From Podarcis liolepis (Eukaryota), in assembly GCA_965112155.1 (NCBI GenBank), contig OZ218101.1: a stretch of DNA of 64,000 nt. One strand, written 5' to 3'. A program made the translations under genes and the position numbers. The notes beneath the pieces were generated by a model that saw nothing but the letters and a program-made list of their open reading frames with translations, was not told where the DNA came from and ran no database searches. Shown in pieces: positions 40,861 through 54,689 of this stretch; the first letter of the stretch is position 1, and every line of letters starts with the position of its first letter.

Positions 40861-43524
40861 GTCTGCCTAAAAGTCATGTGGGAGCAGGAACGGGGGAGAG
40901 AAACAAACAAACCTAACACTTAATTCTGGCTCTCAGACTTGCCTACATAGCACTAAGCCAAGGGTGGGGAGCTGGATTCAGCCAGTGGGCCAGAGCCACA
41001 GCACCACTACTTGTCACTTTGTCAGGTAGGAAGGGCAGTCCACCAGTTGTCATTAACAGTACATCATATGATGTCAGGTGATTCAACTTCAAAAGGAAAA
41101 ATCCAGAATAAAGTTGTCAAATTCAAATACAACCACTTCCACAAGCATCAGAAGAGAAATAACTAACTACACAATTTAGACTGCAATCTCAATTATTTGT
41201 TTTCAATTTACCTGCCATGTGCCCAACATCATATGACATCAGGTGATAAGACAGATGTGTGGTTTGGGCCAAACTATGCTGTGGACCAAATGGGGAGGTC
41301 CATTTGGCCTCACTAGGCTTGTGGGGTAGAGATTCTCAACTGTTGCACTAAAACGTGACTGAGTGATTGTTAGCAAGACTTGATTTTTTGCAACTAAACT
41401 GACATCTTTCACTGTGATAGAAGTTACTGGCTAATGCGCCAATAAGCAAGTTATTTAACATAGAAGAATGCAATGAAACTCTCAAAAACTAGAGAGTGCA
41501 ACTAATCTGCATGCCATTTTGATCAAGGTAGGTGCTAACTCATAACTGAGGATTAGCTGCACTTAAAGTTTAAGGTTCTTATTTTCATAATCTGTTGTCT
41601 TGAACAATGCACTTCAAACTATATCTATTAGTTTCATGTAAATATTAAAAAGCACACAGTGGAAAAGACAACATGAAATCCTGTATACATTTCTCAGCAC
41701 CACTTTCTGGAATTGCCCTGCAAGACAAAATCAGAACCTGAAAGCCATACAAAAGTCTAGAGAGAGAAGTTCATGTTTAAGTTAACAGATGACCTCATTT
41801 ATGTAAATATTAAACAAAAAGGGAGGATATTATTGAGAAGGACTTGCACCTGCCCTTGAAAAAAATCTTGATATTTATTAACTGCTACATAATTGTCACA
41901 TTTGCAACAATTCTGAGTTCCCAGAAATACATTTTTCCTCTTTTTTCAACTCCCAGCTCTCATCTCTTTTACTGCTTAGACACAGCTGCTAGTTACTGGA
42001 CATAGCAGTTCATGTGCATAAGACAAAGACTGTCTTTGTTTAGAGAACACAAATATTCATAGTTTGAGAACTATGCAAACTGTTGATCTTTCCGCTTTCA
42101 AGAGAGAATAGGTACTGTCCAAGTATGCCATAGCCTGTAGACCCACTTAAGTTCACTGGTTTCAGTGGGTCTGCTCTGTTTATGGCTAAAGCTGGATAAC
42201 ACCCAAAAGAGGGATAGCACCAGGCTTCAGATGGCCAATGCCTCCATCCTTCTTTTTGCAGCATACTCTTTCACCCTGCTACTGCCTATTCTTCCTGCTC
42301 TCTGCCTACACCCATTTTACTTAAAGAAAGAGAATTCACTGGTGCAGTAAGCAGCAATGGATAGCTTCTTTGCCACCTCCTCAGCACTTGACTCTGAGAA
42401 AGGAGCCAAAGGGGTTCTTCTTCAGTGACAGTGAGCCATTCTCGGTGAGCTGACCAGGAGAATACCTGTGCCACTGCTAGGGTTTGCCTCAGCAATTAAT
42501 TTAAAACCCCCCTCTGGTCTTTCTAGCAGTCATGGCAAACCACAGTTGCAGCACAGGCATCGCCCAGAATTTCTGGCTCTGAGAAGGAACCCCTAGACGC
42601 CTTCTCAGAGCTCAGGCAAGGCAGCTGAGGGGGCCAGGCAGCTAATTGGCTGTTGTGGATGCAAGCAGAGTTTGATAGCCAAGCAATGCCTCAGCAGGTC
42701 ACCTGGGCCTGGCAGGAAGGTCCTTCTGAGACCTGGGACCCTCAACCAATGCCCAACCTGGTTGTCGGCCACTGATACCAGGCCTGACCCAATAAGTGTA
42801 GGTTGAACTCGCTTCTTTTCAAGCTTAATTTTAACTAGGTTATTTAGAAAATAAAAAAATATTATAAGCCTTAAAAAAGCAATCATTTATCATATACACT
42901 GCGTAATAAAAGGCAGGCACAAAGTAAGAGGAGATAAGATCAACAGTATGAAAGGGAAAGGGAACCATTTAGCATAGAATGGAGGAAAATAGGGTCGTGG
43001 CCAGTACACAGAATGGTAAACACCATTTGTTTAGTGTGTTGCATGGTGCTCTGTACGAGAGAGCATAACATGCAGGGAACCTAAAATAAGCAAGAAGGAA
43101 TTATTTGCTGCACACAACCAAATTGTTAAGCTTACTTACTGCCAAAGTGCTGGTGACAGTCAACAACATAAACAGGATCAAAAGGACTAAAAGGCTTTAA
43201 AGGATATTAAGTTCTATTAATGGCAATAGTATTATGGTCAGAGTACACCTGGTGCATTGCAAACCAACCTTCACCCATCTTGAAAACATGCCTTGAAAAA
43301 CACTGAAGACAGTGCCTAAAATCAGGCTAGTGAACAGAACCTAGCAATTCCAATTTTGCTTGAGCTATATTAAGGTTAATAGAATTAAGAATGTATATTC
43401 TCTTACTGCTAAATGCTTCAAAATATTAAAAATATATCTGCATCATACAATTATCTGAAACTAGATCCTCCTGGATACAGTGACAAGCTTGATGGGTCCT
43501 TCATCTAAATAAGAAAGAACATTA

Positions 43525-43778
43525 CAGTGGTACCTCTGGTTGCGAACGGGATCCATTCCGGAGGCCCATTCGCAACATGAAAGGAACGCAACCCGCAGCA
43601 GCGCGTCTGCGCATGCGCGGGTTGCGATTCGCTGCTTCTGTGCATGTGCGTGACGTCATTTTGCACATCTGCGCATGTGGCGAAACCCGGAAGTAACCCT
43701 TTCCAGTACTTCCGGGTCATCGCAGGACGCAACCTGAAAAAACGTAACAAGAAGCAAACGTAACATGAGGTATGACTG
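43525..43778. mobile_element. Tc1/mariner-type MITE family B (opposite orientation)
   Basis: TA TSD; reverse complement of the 27585 and 48094 copies. Confidence 0.88.
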
Positions 43779-43885
43779 TACTCTAAAGTTCCTAATCATG
43801 ACCATTTTCACAGATGCTGTATAAGATAATGATCTGGAATTTGAAAATTCCGTATGAAAGATAGTAGGTCATTTATTAAGACTGA

Positions 43886-44118
43886 GGGCCAAACCAGGCA
43901 AGTCACCATTCACAGAATAAACAACTGCATTAATGGCTTCTTAAAGTAATTAGCAGTGCAGGGACCCTGATCTGGATCAAGAAACTAGTGTGGGACAGGG
44001 TAGGGAGACTTTAGCCCTTTGCCCCCACTTGTGATCTCAGTCTTGATCAGTCCCTGCCCTCCACAACTGCTATTTTACTTTTTAAAAGCTGGAAATTCTG
44101 TCTTGCCTGGTTTGGCCC
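43886..44118. mobile_element. PIF/Harbinger-like MITE
   Basis: TIR gggccaaaccaggcaag / cttgcctggtttggccc with 3-bp TSD tga. Confidence 0.7.
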
Positions 44119-45069
44119 TGACTTCTATATAATTGGTTTGTAGCTAAAATTCTGGAAGTACCTTATGCACACTCTTATTTCAGATATGCAATTAGTTGTG
44201 TACATGTGATTTAATAGTTCAAAGTCACTGATCATTTCATTCCTTAACAGCTTTTTAAAATTTATATGTTTAAGTCAAAACCCCTATATGAAGCTCATTT
44301 TTTGTGACTGTTTTAAAGCACAAGTAACTCCATTTTAAATACAAGGTCCCAGGTTCAATCTCTGGCATATGTACCTAAAATGCCTCATGCAGCATCTCTA
44401 GGAAAGATTCTGGAGAGCCACTGTTGTAAAGGGCTAGATGGACCAATAGTCTGAGTCAATAAAATGTGTAATGTTTGGGCTTAAACTGCTAGTTGTCACA
44501 GGTGATGGATCTGCTAAATAGATCTGCTAAGCAGTTAAAAACCAAGAAGAAAGGAGTGTAAATAAACAGATGGTTTTACCCTAGGGAGACAGACCCAAGG
44601 ATGTGTGATGAGTATGTTTTATTTCCAGTCACTCAATTCTTAATATTGCACTGGCTGTTTAAAAATACAGTAAAAGTGCTTATGAACTAAATCAAGTTTT
44701 TGTGTGTCTTGGGATTTTTCTTTTCTGAACCATCTGAAGTTAAACTGTCAAGACTGGATGACCAGGTAATCAATGTTCATGTTACTGGGGGGGGGGTGGC
44801 AGCAAGGGGGAACACTCACCAAGTGTTTTAGAAGGCTGTTGGTGTTGTGTCAAGACTCAACTAAAGTTCGGAGGGTTCATAACTTTAAAATGGCCCCTCC
44901 TTACTTCCCCATTCTCAATAACTTAAGCACTGGAGGTATCAGAATACACTGTCCATTCATATAACAACTAAACCAACTACAAAGCAGCAAATTTGTTGCA
45001 ATGACAACTATATCAGATTGTCACAGTTGTGTGCACTCAAAGCCATCTTACATGATCCTAAGATAGTCA

Positions 45070-45995
45070 CAGAACCTGCTCTGAATGGGTTCACACTGCT
45101 ATCCCTTAAGAATCAGGTCCACAGCTTGGGAGCGCTTGTAGATCAGGTACCACTCCTGGATCTCCAAGAATTAACATTGGCTAGGAGCACTTTATACCAG
45201 CTTTGGCTAGTATGCCAATTGCACCCTCCGTTTCCTAGACAAAAAAAGATGTGTCACTAATGCTTTTAAAACATCCATATTAGAATACTGTGATTTGTTT
45301 ATCTCTGAAGAGCATTTGGAAACCTAAATGATTCAAATGCATCTGTCAGAACTATAAACTGAAGTCTGTGGTATGGAGCACAGCATTCCACTATACTGCC
45401 TCATCTTCACTGACTCTTATTTGGTTTCCATTCAGAGAGCTAGCTTTGACTCTAAACATTATTGTACCTTAAGGTACAATATTAAGGTACTTCCTTCTGT
45501 GGGTACTCCTCCCACAGAAACTCCTATTCATTTAGTTCAGCATCATATCCTGTTATGTGTTCCCTTGTTATCCAAGGTGTGGTGAGTGGTTATATAAGCA
45601 AAAGTACTCCTCACTCAGGGAAATCCTTTCTAAAAGAGGGCCACTTGGTTTCTTAACTGCTTGGCTTTAGGGGACTACAGATATTTCAGAGTGTTTTTTT
45701 TTAAAAAAAATGATAAAGTATTGCCTTGCAGCCTTTCTCAACCTGTGGGTCCCCAGATGTTGTTGAACTACAACTCCCATCACCCCTAGCTAGCAAGGCC
45801 AGAGCGCAGGGATGCTGGGAGTTGTAGTCCAACAACATATGGGGGCCCACAGGCTGAGAACTGCTGCAAGACTTGCTAGCTATTGATCCTGCTCCTTTAA
45901 ATGTTTGTCTTATGTTTACTTTTTTATTCATTTTCTATCACTGTTAAGCCATCAGTGTATAGCAAGATGGGATAATTGTTAAAATGTGAAATAAC
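45070..45995 (+). mobile_element. Degraded L2-clade LINE fragment
   Basis: PALNGFTLLSLKNQVHSLGALVD...LARSTLYQLWLVCQL resembles the L2 RT region; interrupted by the 45729 MITE. Confidence 0.65.
45729..45866. mobile_element. ~140-bp palindromic hAT-like MITE (related copies ~32720-32856, ~50050-50130, ~52040-52130, ~54380-54490)
   Basis: Self-complementary: cagatgttgttgaactacaactccca ... tgggagttgtagtccaacaacat; CAG...CTG ends. Confidence 0.75.
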
Positions 45996-46514
45996 TCAAG
46001 ATACTGCTCTCAAGACTGCTATGGCAGGAAAAGTCACCATCTGGTGAATGCATAGAACTGGGTGTTGGAGTAGAGTGTTCCTGGGAGAAACCAGCTTTTT
46101 TGGAGCAACACTACGTTAATAAAAATATGGGAGATGTTTCAAAAGCGTTGCAAATGACACACAGCAAAACACAACTTACCTGACCTACTTCCCTTGCAGG
46201 AGCTATATTAGCATACAGAGCTATCAGTCATGGATTCTGCACTTAAAATAACTAAGAAGTTGCTTTTGTAGTTATGAGGATCCCTTTTTATTTTGATTGA
46301 ACTGGAGAACACTTTCAAAAATCTAATATGCACATCCTATTAAAAACACACAACCACATTATATTGGATATTTTTGCACATTGAAACTAGCAAGTAAAAA
46401 GAGCACCACTAGAGTAACCTAAAGAAATAATTCAATATTCATACATGGAACACTAGCTACATTTAAATTACAAGCGACTCTTAAGTTATTCAGTAGTTAT
46501 GCCAAAATCACATA

Positions 46515-46842
46515 CAGTGGTGCCCCGCAAGACGAATGCCTCGCAAGACGGAAAACCCACTAGACGAAAGGGTTTTCCGTTTTTGAGCTGCTTCGCAAGA
46601 CGATTTTCCCTATGGGCTTGCTTTGCAAGACGAAAACGTCTTGCAAGTGTTCCGATTTTTTTCCGCTCCCCCCCCTTTTCTAAGCCGCTAATAGCCTTTT
46701 AGCCGCTAATCCGCTAAGCCTTTAATAGCCGCTAAACCGCTAATAGCGCTAAGCCGCTAATAGGGTTGCTTCGCAAGACGAAAAAACCGCTAGACGAAGA
46801 GACTCAAGGAACGAATTAATTTCGTCTTGCGAGGCACCACTG
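46515..46842. mobile_element. Tc1/mariner-type MITE family C
   Basis: TA TSD; TIR cagtggtgccccgcaagacgaa / ttcgtcttgcgaggcaccactg; internal gcaagacg and agccgctaa repeats. Confidence 0.88.
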
Positions 46843-47034
46843 TATAGTCAAAACAAACTGGGTTCAATGGCTGGTGGGATTGCCAAAGTCTTTTTTCCCA
46901 GATGCCTGCCCACTTTCTGTCCCCTTTTATTGATTTATTTTTATTTTGATGAGTACATAAAGCTGATTGCACACAAGTTAAATGTATGTAAGCTGCAAGT
47001 TACCTATAGTTTTTAAAGGAAACTGAAAGCTATT

Positions 47035-47244
47035 AGTACCTCGGGTTAAGTACTTAATTCAATCCTGAGGTCTGTACTTAACCTGAAACTGTTCTTAATC
47101 TGAAGCACCACTTTAGCTAATGGGGCCTCCTGCCGCTGGAGCACGATTTCTGTTCTCATCCTGAAGCAAAGTTCTTAACCTGAAGCCTATTTCTGGGCTA
47201 GCAGAGTCTGTAACCTGAAGCGTATGTAACCTGAGGTACCACTG
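47035..47244. mobile_element. Tc1/mariner-type MITE family A (left TIR tip missing)
   Basis: Highly similar to 40540-40757. Confidence 0.85.
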
Positions 47245-47694
47245 TAATATTGAACTGAACTTAAAAATTTTTTATTCACATAGAAACCAATACCAGGTAG
47301 CACACAGTATTGAGGTGTAATTTATACATTAATCACAACAGAAGATTGTTTCAAAGCATTTTGCTGATCATTGTGAGTTTCAAGGAGATGCTGAACCCCT
47401 GAAAGACCTCAACTTAGATTGGTAGGGATCACTAAAACTGCCTCCTTTCCACTTCTGCTGACTGATGCCTTCCATTAATTTCCACCAATGGACAGTCACC
47501 ATTGGATGACACTGTTGACCTTTAAAGGGTAAGCTGTCTGAGCAGCAACAGGTTTGCCCTCAAGAACTGTAAATACTTTAGTGTCAGTTTTTATCAAGAT
47601 TTACATCATTAGAGTAATTTGCACAAACGTGTAATATAGAATAGCAAGTTATTTTATGTATGGTGGCATATACAAAGGCATAATTGCCTTTCAC

Positions 47695-47809
47695 AGAATC
47701 ACATAACTGTTGAGCCGAAAGGAACCCTAAGGGTCAACTAGTCCAGCCCCCTGCAATGCAGGAATCTCAACTAAATCATACATGACAGATAGCCACCTAG
47801 AGAATCACA
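47695..47809 (-). mobile_element. Short CR1-type 3' end insertion
   Basis: cacagaatcacataactgttgag...ggtcaactagtccagcccc; agaatcaca repeated at both ends. Confidence 0.6.
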
Positions 47810-48093
47810 GATGGGGGGAGGAGGAAACCAAGTTCGTTCCAAAGTCAATATGCTCCTGTGAATGTCATTTACAGAAATGCTCTACACATTGCATATACTC
47901 ATGTGTAAATAATCAGAAAGCAAGTTGGGTTTATAAATAATCAAATTAAGGTTTAAATAGTTCTGCTGGCTTCCCAGGGAAAGATTCTTTGACACAAAAG
48001 AAACAGTCATGTCTTTCAAATACTAATTTTAAAGTCTTACCTACATACTTGCAATAGGGAGGTTTAATAGGCAAGCCTCAAAATTTTCTAATA

Positions 48094-48326
48094 CAGTCAT
48101 ACCTTGGATTGAAGTAGCTTCGGGGTGAACATTTTTGGGTTGCACTCCGCAGCGACCCAGAAGTAACGGTGCACGTTACTTCCGGGTTTCACCGCTCGCG
48201 CATGAGATCAAAATGAATCACGCGCAGAAGCGGCGAATCACGACCCATGCACGCACGGGTTGAGTTCACTTCAGGATGCAAACGGGGCTCCGGAATGGAT
48301 CTCGTTCGCATCCAGAGGTACCACTG
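48094..48326. mobile_element. Tc1/mariner-type MITE family B
   Basis: Same ends and core as the 27585 copy; inserted into the older unclassified TIR element. Confidence 0.85.
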
Positions 48327-50736
48327 CAATGTATTTTTAAAATAAAGTGGATGAACATGCACTACATCCAGACTTTGGTTGTGAAGTTCTTAAATATCTA
48401 CCTACTTCAAAGCCACCAAAATGGCTTCAGGTCCAATTTGGGAAGCATGGTATCAGCATGTGGAACCTTAAAATACCCCTTTCCACATGCAGCTACATGC
48501 ATCCTTATGCATAGTGAGAGACCACCACACATGAAAACCTCCCCAGATTCCAACATGCTACAGTCATGTGCAAATTGCATTTACCCTGGAAATACTAAGG
48601 TATCACTTGTTACTATAGAAAGCTCATTAAAGTGCAACACTCATAACCATTATAAGAGAAATGAAGCTGGAGCTGCAGAATAAATCTGTTGTTAAAGATT
48701 CCACAATTCATAAACGTTTAGAATATAAAATGCCCAGAAGTAATAAGAAATGCAGACTACTGGTTCTTATGGCTATAAAAATGCTAGGCTAGGTAATGCA
48801 ACTTAGATTACAATTAATAAGTTATCTCTTGTTAACTGTGGGAAGCAAACTCCAATTCAATTTCTTTCCCCCACAGCTCTACTAAGAAAAAGGTAAAAGA
48901 TGTATTTCAAAAGGAAAAATAAGCAAACCCTCTATGATGATTGGTATGTATCCTTCACAAAAGCAGTCAGCAAGGAAGTACAAAATGGTGACAAGCTATT
49001 AAGTAATGAAAATCAAATACAGGTTGGCAAAAAAACCAGAAACCGGGTGGGTCTGTAGAGCAATAAGTAGAGCAATTTATTTAACTGAGAGAGCTCTGTT
49101 TCAAAAGATTACACAAGAGGATTTCTACAGCTGGATGCATGCTGGCTGTCACTTATTGTATCTAATATAATAGGATGTTTTGTAAGGTATAAGATGAGAA
49201 CTGCTAAAAAAACCCCACTAGTAATAAAACCACAGTTACTAAGACGGCCAGGTATAAACTCAAGAATGTGCTAATCATGGAATGAGAGACAAGAGGCATT
49301 GTTTAGGAGAAAGCCACAGACATAACTCCACAAAGATAAGCAGGAAGAGACAGATTATGTTCTAAGATTATTTAAGGATCAGTTACCCCTTGCCACATTT
49401 TAGAATTCACCTAGTATGATTATTAGAATATCAGTGCCTCATGCCTTCCCACATGCAAACTTGCATGTGGGAAAGCAATTCTAAAGTGGTGGGAGGGGAA
49501 GAGAAGACAAAAAGCCTCTAGGACTAGGTGATAACTATTTCTTAAGTGATTAAACTGAGGTAGAAATGCTGGGACCAATCACACTGAAAAATAGATAAAT
49601 AAATGGAGTATGAGGGATAAAGAAGCAATTAGTAATGCAACATGAGGTGGCAGACAAAAAGATAGGGAAGGAAGAAGGGATTAAGGAGGCAAAAAGAAGA
49701 GTAAGATAATTAGAAAAGAAATGGGAAGTACAGTAATACAAAACACATGGTGTATGCACAGAGATGCAGCAGGAGTTGCCAGGGGGTAGGGGTGAAGGTG
49801 GGACTTTCTTACAAGTAAAAACTAGAGCTCAATGGCAGAGCCTGTGCCTTTCCTGCAGTTGCACTCAGGTCCGTGGCACCTTCAGTTTTAAAAAGCATCA
49901 GCTGATGGGAAACACATTTCTCTGCCAGAGAGCCTGGAGAGATGTCGGCAGTCAGAGCTAACAATACATATGAAATAGTCTAATACGGCATAAAGCAGCT
50001 TCCTATATTTCCTAGGACCTAGACAGAAAAAGCAGTCTTGTGACACCCTAGTGATGGTGGGGCACTACAGTTCCCACCATCCCAGACCATTGGAAAGGTT
50101 CACAACATCTAGAGGGCCAAACATGTGCCCTTACTCTACCTTACAAGCTAATAGAGTCGCTGTGGCATGAGCTTCAGTCCAAAAAAATCCGCATATGAAC
50201 CTGTTAGCCCTTAGGGCGTCGTAAGGCTCTTTAAACACACGGACACGCTTCCGTGAACAGACTTTTAGGGAACTGCCCAAGTGGGATCTCTTCCTCACAA
50301 AAGCCAAGGCGGCGCCGGGGAGAGGGAAGAGTTTCACGCAGCCCCCCATCCACCCGGAGCGCGCTCTCAGCAAAGGCAGACAGCGTGGCAGACGGGAAAG
50401 CCCTCAGGGGCGGCTCCGAGGAGGAGGAAAAAGACCGCGGAGGGGGGTGGGGGAGAGAAAAGAAAGGGAAGAAAGGCATTTGAGGGAAACGGAAAGCAGG
50501 GACCGGGGCGGGGAAAGGGAAAAATAAGAGACACCCCCCACCTTCGTGGGCTGAGGCGACCATCATGGCAAACTGCCCACCCGCCCGGAGTCCACCCCGA
50601 GCTAAATGGGCTGCACCGTTTGACGCTCCTTTGCAGCGGCATTCCCGGGTTTCCCTTTCGCGTTACGGTCACTGCACCACTGAATTTGGGCTCTGTCTCT
50701 GTGTGCGTATATGCGAGCCGCTCGCCCGTCCACTCA

Positions 50737-51014
<278 letters not shown>

Positions 51015-51533
51015 CCAGGTGAAGGCGAGGGAGGGGGAGGGCGGCTGCCGCGTGCGCGGGGACCAGGCGCGAGCCGGAGACGGTGCCTTGTGTGGGGAGG
51101 CGGCGGTTGCTGCTGTGGCGGCCGCTTCCCTCAGCCGCCTGAAGAACCCAACAGGCGAGTCGCTCGCGCGCGCACCACACACACACACACAGAATAACAC
51201 ACAGCCGGTATCTCGCACCTCGGAATACGGCAGCCGCGCCTGACCACGCTGCTGCAAAACAAGAGCGTCGCAAAACCTACGCGCGCGCTCTCTCTCCCCC
51301 CCCCAACGTTCTCCGCCCCTTTCCTTTGGTATCTCTCTCGGTACTAGAAAGCGCACCACGTGGAATCCAACCGGCTCTCAGGCCACGCCCCCTCTTCGCA
51401 CGTCTCCTCACCTCAGTTCCCTTCCCCCGGCATGCACCGCGCCTCGGCGGCCACCAGCCGAAAGGCTTGGGCAGGTGTAGCGAATAAAGACCGAAGTGGG
51501 ACGGCCCCATAAGACGGCCTGCGCGATAGATGG

Positions 51534-51727
51534 GCATGTCGGGAGTTGTAGTCAGAGGGTCCCCGGATGTGGGCTTGGCGCGTGATGGGAATTAGAATCT
51601 TCGGGTCGTGCTTGGAACCCGGGTTTTGACGGCGGAGGCTGCAGCGTTGCATGCTGGGGGTTGTAGTCAGATGGGGTCACCGGATGTGGGCTTGGCGCGT
51701 GATAGGAATTTAAGTCCTCGGGGTTCG
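51534..51727. promoter_or_regulatory. Tandem duplicated promoter module with ZNF143/SBS-like ACTACAAnnCCC, ETS CCGGATGT and E2F-like TTGGCGCG
   Basis: Two ~75-bp copies (51534-51608, 51649-51727) share an identical ccggatgtgggcttggcgcgtgat core. Confidence 0.7.
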
Positions 51728-53344
51728 CGATTGATGCGCCATCTCCAAGGAAACGCGTTTTTGGAAGGAAGGAAGGAAAGGTTGGAGTTGGCTTTGGACG
51801 GGCGGCAAAAGGGAGATGCCTTGAAGGAGAACTAAATGCAGCACATATGAGACTACACCAGCAGGTGCAGCAACATTTTCCAAGGTTGACCTGACAGCCT
51901 TTATTTCATAGCGTTATTATGTCCCGGGGTTGCTTCGTGTTGTTGAAATGCATATTGCTTTTAAACCGGAAGACGTAATGTGTGGAGTGAGGGAAGGCAG
52001 CAAAGCCCTGACCCTCCCAGGGCTGCTCTGGGGCGGCGCAGAGCCGGTTGTGGCGAACCCGTGACCCAACTCTCTTCATCCCTGAGGCTGATGGGAGTTG
52101 GGTCCCCCGTAACAGCTGGAAGGCCCACCCTTGGCGTTGACGGAGGCAGAGCTTTATTATCCCTCCTAAACGTGGACAGGATAGTAATGGTGGACTCCTA
52201 GCTCCACCCAGAGACAGTTTAAGGCCACTGTCGACCTACTTTGCATGAGAAAGTAGGTTGGAAAGTGAGATCTTTTGCATGAAAATCTATGCTGCTCCAC
52301 TGAGCTTCAGATCCGCTTCTCAGTCTGCAGAGGAATGTAGCTAAGTAGCAGGCCTTGAACCTTGTAGTGAATATTGTCCCCCACCCATCAAAATGGCACT
52401 TCTGCCATGCAGACCAGTTCACACCATAAAATGAATTTACTGTACACAATAATTCAATATAGATCTTTTCATAATTGATTCTTGCATTTAGAAAAGTGCT
52501 ACAGGGCTTTTCAGTAAGCATATCATTCCAACAGCCTACAATTGAGTCATTGTCCTTTATTATTTTAGTAGATTGGAACAGTGCTCAGATTAAATTTGTA
52601 TCAATTTAACATATCACTGCAGCAAATTCACCATTATTTGAAATCTGCTGCCCTCTTTAGCCTATTTATATGAATTTTCCAAGCAAAGGGTGGTTTTGTG
52701 AAGTGAAGAGGGAGAGCAACCAGTTTTATTTTTCTGCAGACTAAGTAGTAATTAATCCAATGTGAACCTGAGAGAATAAAACAACTGTATGCCCAAAATG
52801 GTTTCAACTATGCATTCTCTTCTAATGCCCTAGTACTGTTTTACATGATCTATTACTGTATGAGTTTGGGGGAGAGGGAATTGTTTTGACTGCTTTGAAG
52901 AGAAGGTACAGTAACGGCTTTGTGAAAGCTGGTTGCAGAGCAAACTGAGTTTGATGGAAGAATAGTAATAGATTGTGAAGTGGAGGGGACAATTGCTTAG
53001 ACTAAAGCAACATAATTTATTATATTAGAGAATATACGATTGTGGAATTAAAATCTTGATGCCCAAGTAAGATATTTTTTGGTTTGTGGAAATAAACTGT
53101 GAGGCAGGAGACTATGCATAATTCTATAAAATGACTATTACTGGAATTCACTGCCCAAGACCAGGAAGATGTGAACCAGGAAGAGTCTCACAATCTATTT
53201 CTTTGCATGTTTATTGAAAAGTTAGTCCCACTGAGTTCAATGGGTCCTATACATTACATAGGTCTGCATAGTGTTGCTGTTTAGAGGTTGACATCAGTTG
53301 GAAGAAAGTGAGAAATAGGAGCTTCCTTAGGCCTAAATCCATGG

Positions 53345-53570
53345 GGCATTATCCAACTAACTCATTCCATCAACACAAGAATTTCTGTTTGTGCAGCAGA
53401 ACTCCCCCCCCCCCATCACATGTCTAGCACCATTCCCATATTTGCTCCAGAGGGTTATGGAAACCTCCACAACATATTTGTGGGGCACATAGGGGCAGGA
53501 GAGGAGGGAAAGCTCTGTTGCACAAGCAAATTTTCTTGCACTGATGCAACAAGTTAGTTGGATACCACCC
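53345..53570. repeat. Dispersed ~200-bp MITE-like repeat (related copies ~3040-3275, ~6255-6480, ~18730-18930)
   Basis: tatccaactaact / agttagttggata inverted ends; shared interior (tgctccagagggt..., ggggcaggagagg) among copies. Confidence 0.55.
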
Positions 53571-54689
53571 ACAGTTATTGACGTCAGATTGAAGGACAGG
53601 TGAATAATGTGTTTCAGTGAATTTCTATGTTCATCCACTATAAAGAGTGAATTTCCTCCACTGTCCCCATAGTCTCCCATAGAACACCTATATATGTGCA
53701 CATATGAATTCCTATTGTCTAGCAGGCAGATTTCTAATTCTATACTGCTCATAGGCAGATTGCTGGGGTAAATAGGTTACTATGGCTTTCATTTTGTATC
53801 TGTCACCAGGAATGATGGAAAATTACCAGTGTGCACATGTGACTGACCGTATGTGACCTGGAAAGCATAATGCACACCAAAAAAAACCCCGCAGATGCAT
53901 TTTGTGGTAGCAAAGTGTGTGAATCCTTTACATCAGTTTTGCTGCAAATTCTCTTTTAACTTTGGTTATACATAAAACCACTGTATAATGGGTGCAGTGA
54001 GGCAGGCCATCTCATGGCAGATTTTGGAGTTCCATTAAAAGGCAAAAAACCATCAAATATTTATCAGCACATCTCATCTTTTTCATCTCAAAAGTTTCCA
54101 GGCCTACCTATTAGGGATGGTAGCCAATGCATATTTTTCCCCTAAGGAGCTTGTCTTGGGAGTGTAGAAAGATGCTTTATACTCAGTCAGACCCACTGGC
54201 CAATCTAGTTCAGTACTGTGTATTCTGACTGGCAGCTTTCTATGTGTAGACCCAATGCTGTCTGCTGTACTTCCCGAGAGAGAGAAAAAGGCAACAGCTC
54301 CTCTCTGGAGCTGGTGCAACTTGCATATAACCACTCCCGTCACACCTGCAGCCACTCCTGTGGATTACTCTGTGCTGAAAAACCGTGCGCCTTCCAGATG
54401 CGTTTGGACTAAATCCCGCAGTATCCCTGACTGGCTGGGGATGTTGGGAGTTGGAAGTCCAGCAACATCTGGAGGGCAACACACTGACTACCTCTTCTTT
54501 ACACTCAATGCTCTCTATTTGGGTGAAGCGCTGAATACGATCGTGCCCAGTAGCAGCCTATGCTTCAGTTGCCCTTGCTGCTGCGCCCCGCCCAGAGAGA
54601 GGGCTCAGCTGGTTGGCCGCAGAGACCCCAATGGTCTGTCCCCCATAACTTGCTCATCCGACCCACTTTCCCCTTTTATCGCTCTTTCC

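Larger units (their letters stand above)
47331..48386. repeat. Unclassified TIR element, copy 2 (CDK8 intron 1), with nested CR1 end and MITE
   Basis: 47822-48071 aligns gap-free to 16301-16550; right terminus nearly identical; left half shows only collinear landmarks. Confidence 0.7.

Noticed and set aside
46680-46760. Short repeated units that superficially resemble a CRISPR or other array
   Set aside because: Eukaryotic locus; there are no unique spacers and the units are internal to a TA-flanked MITE.
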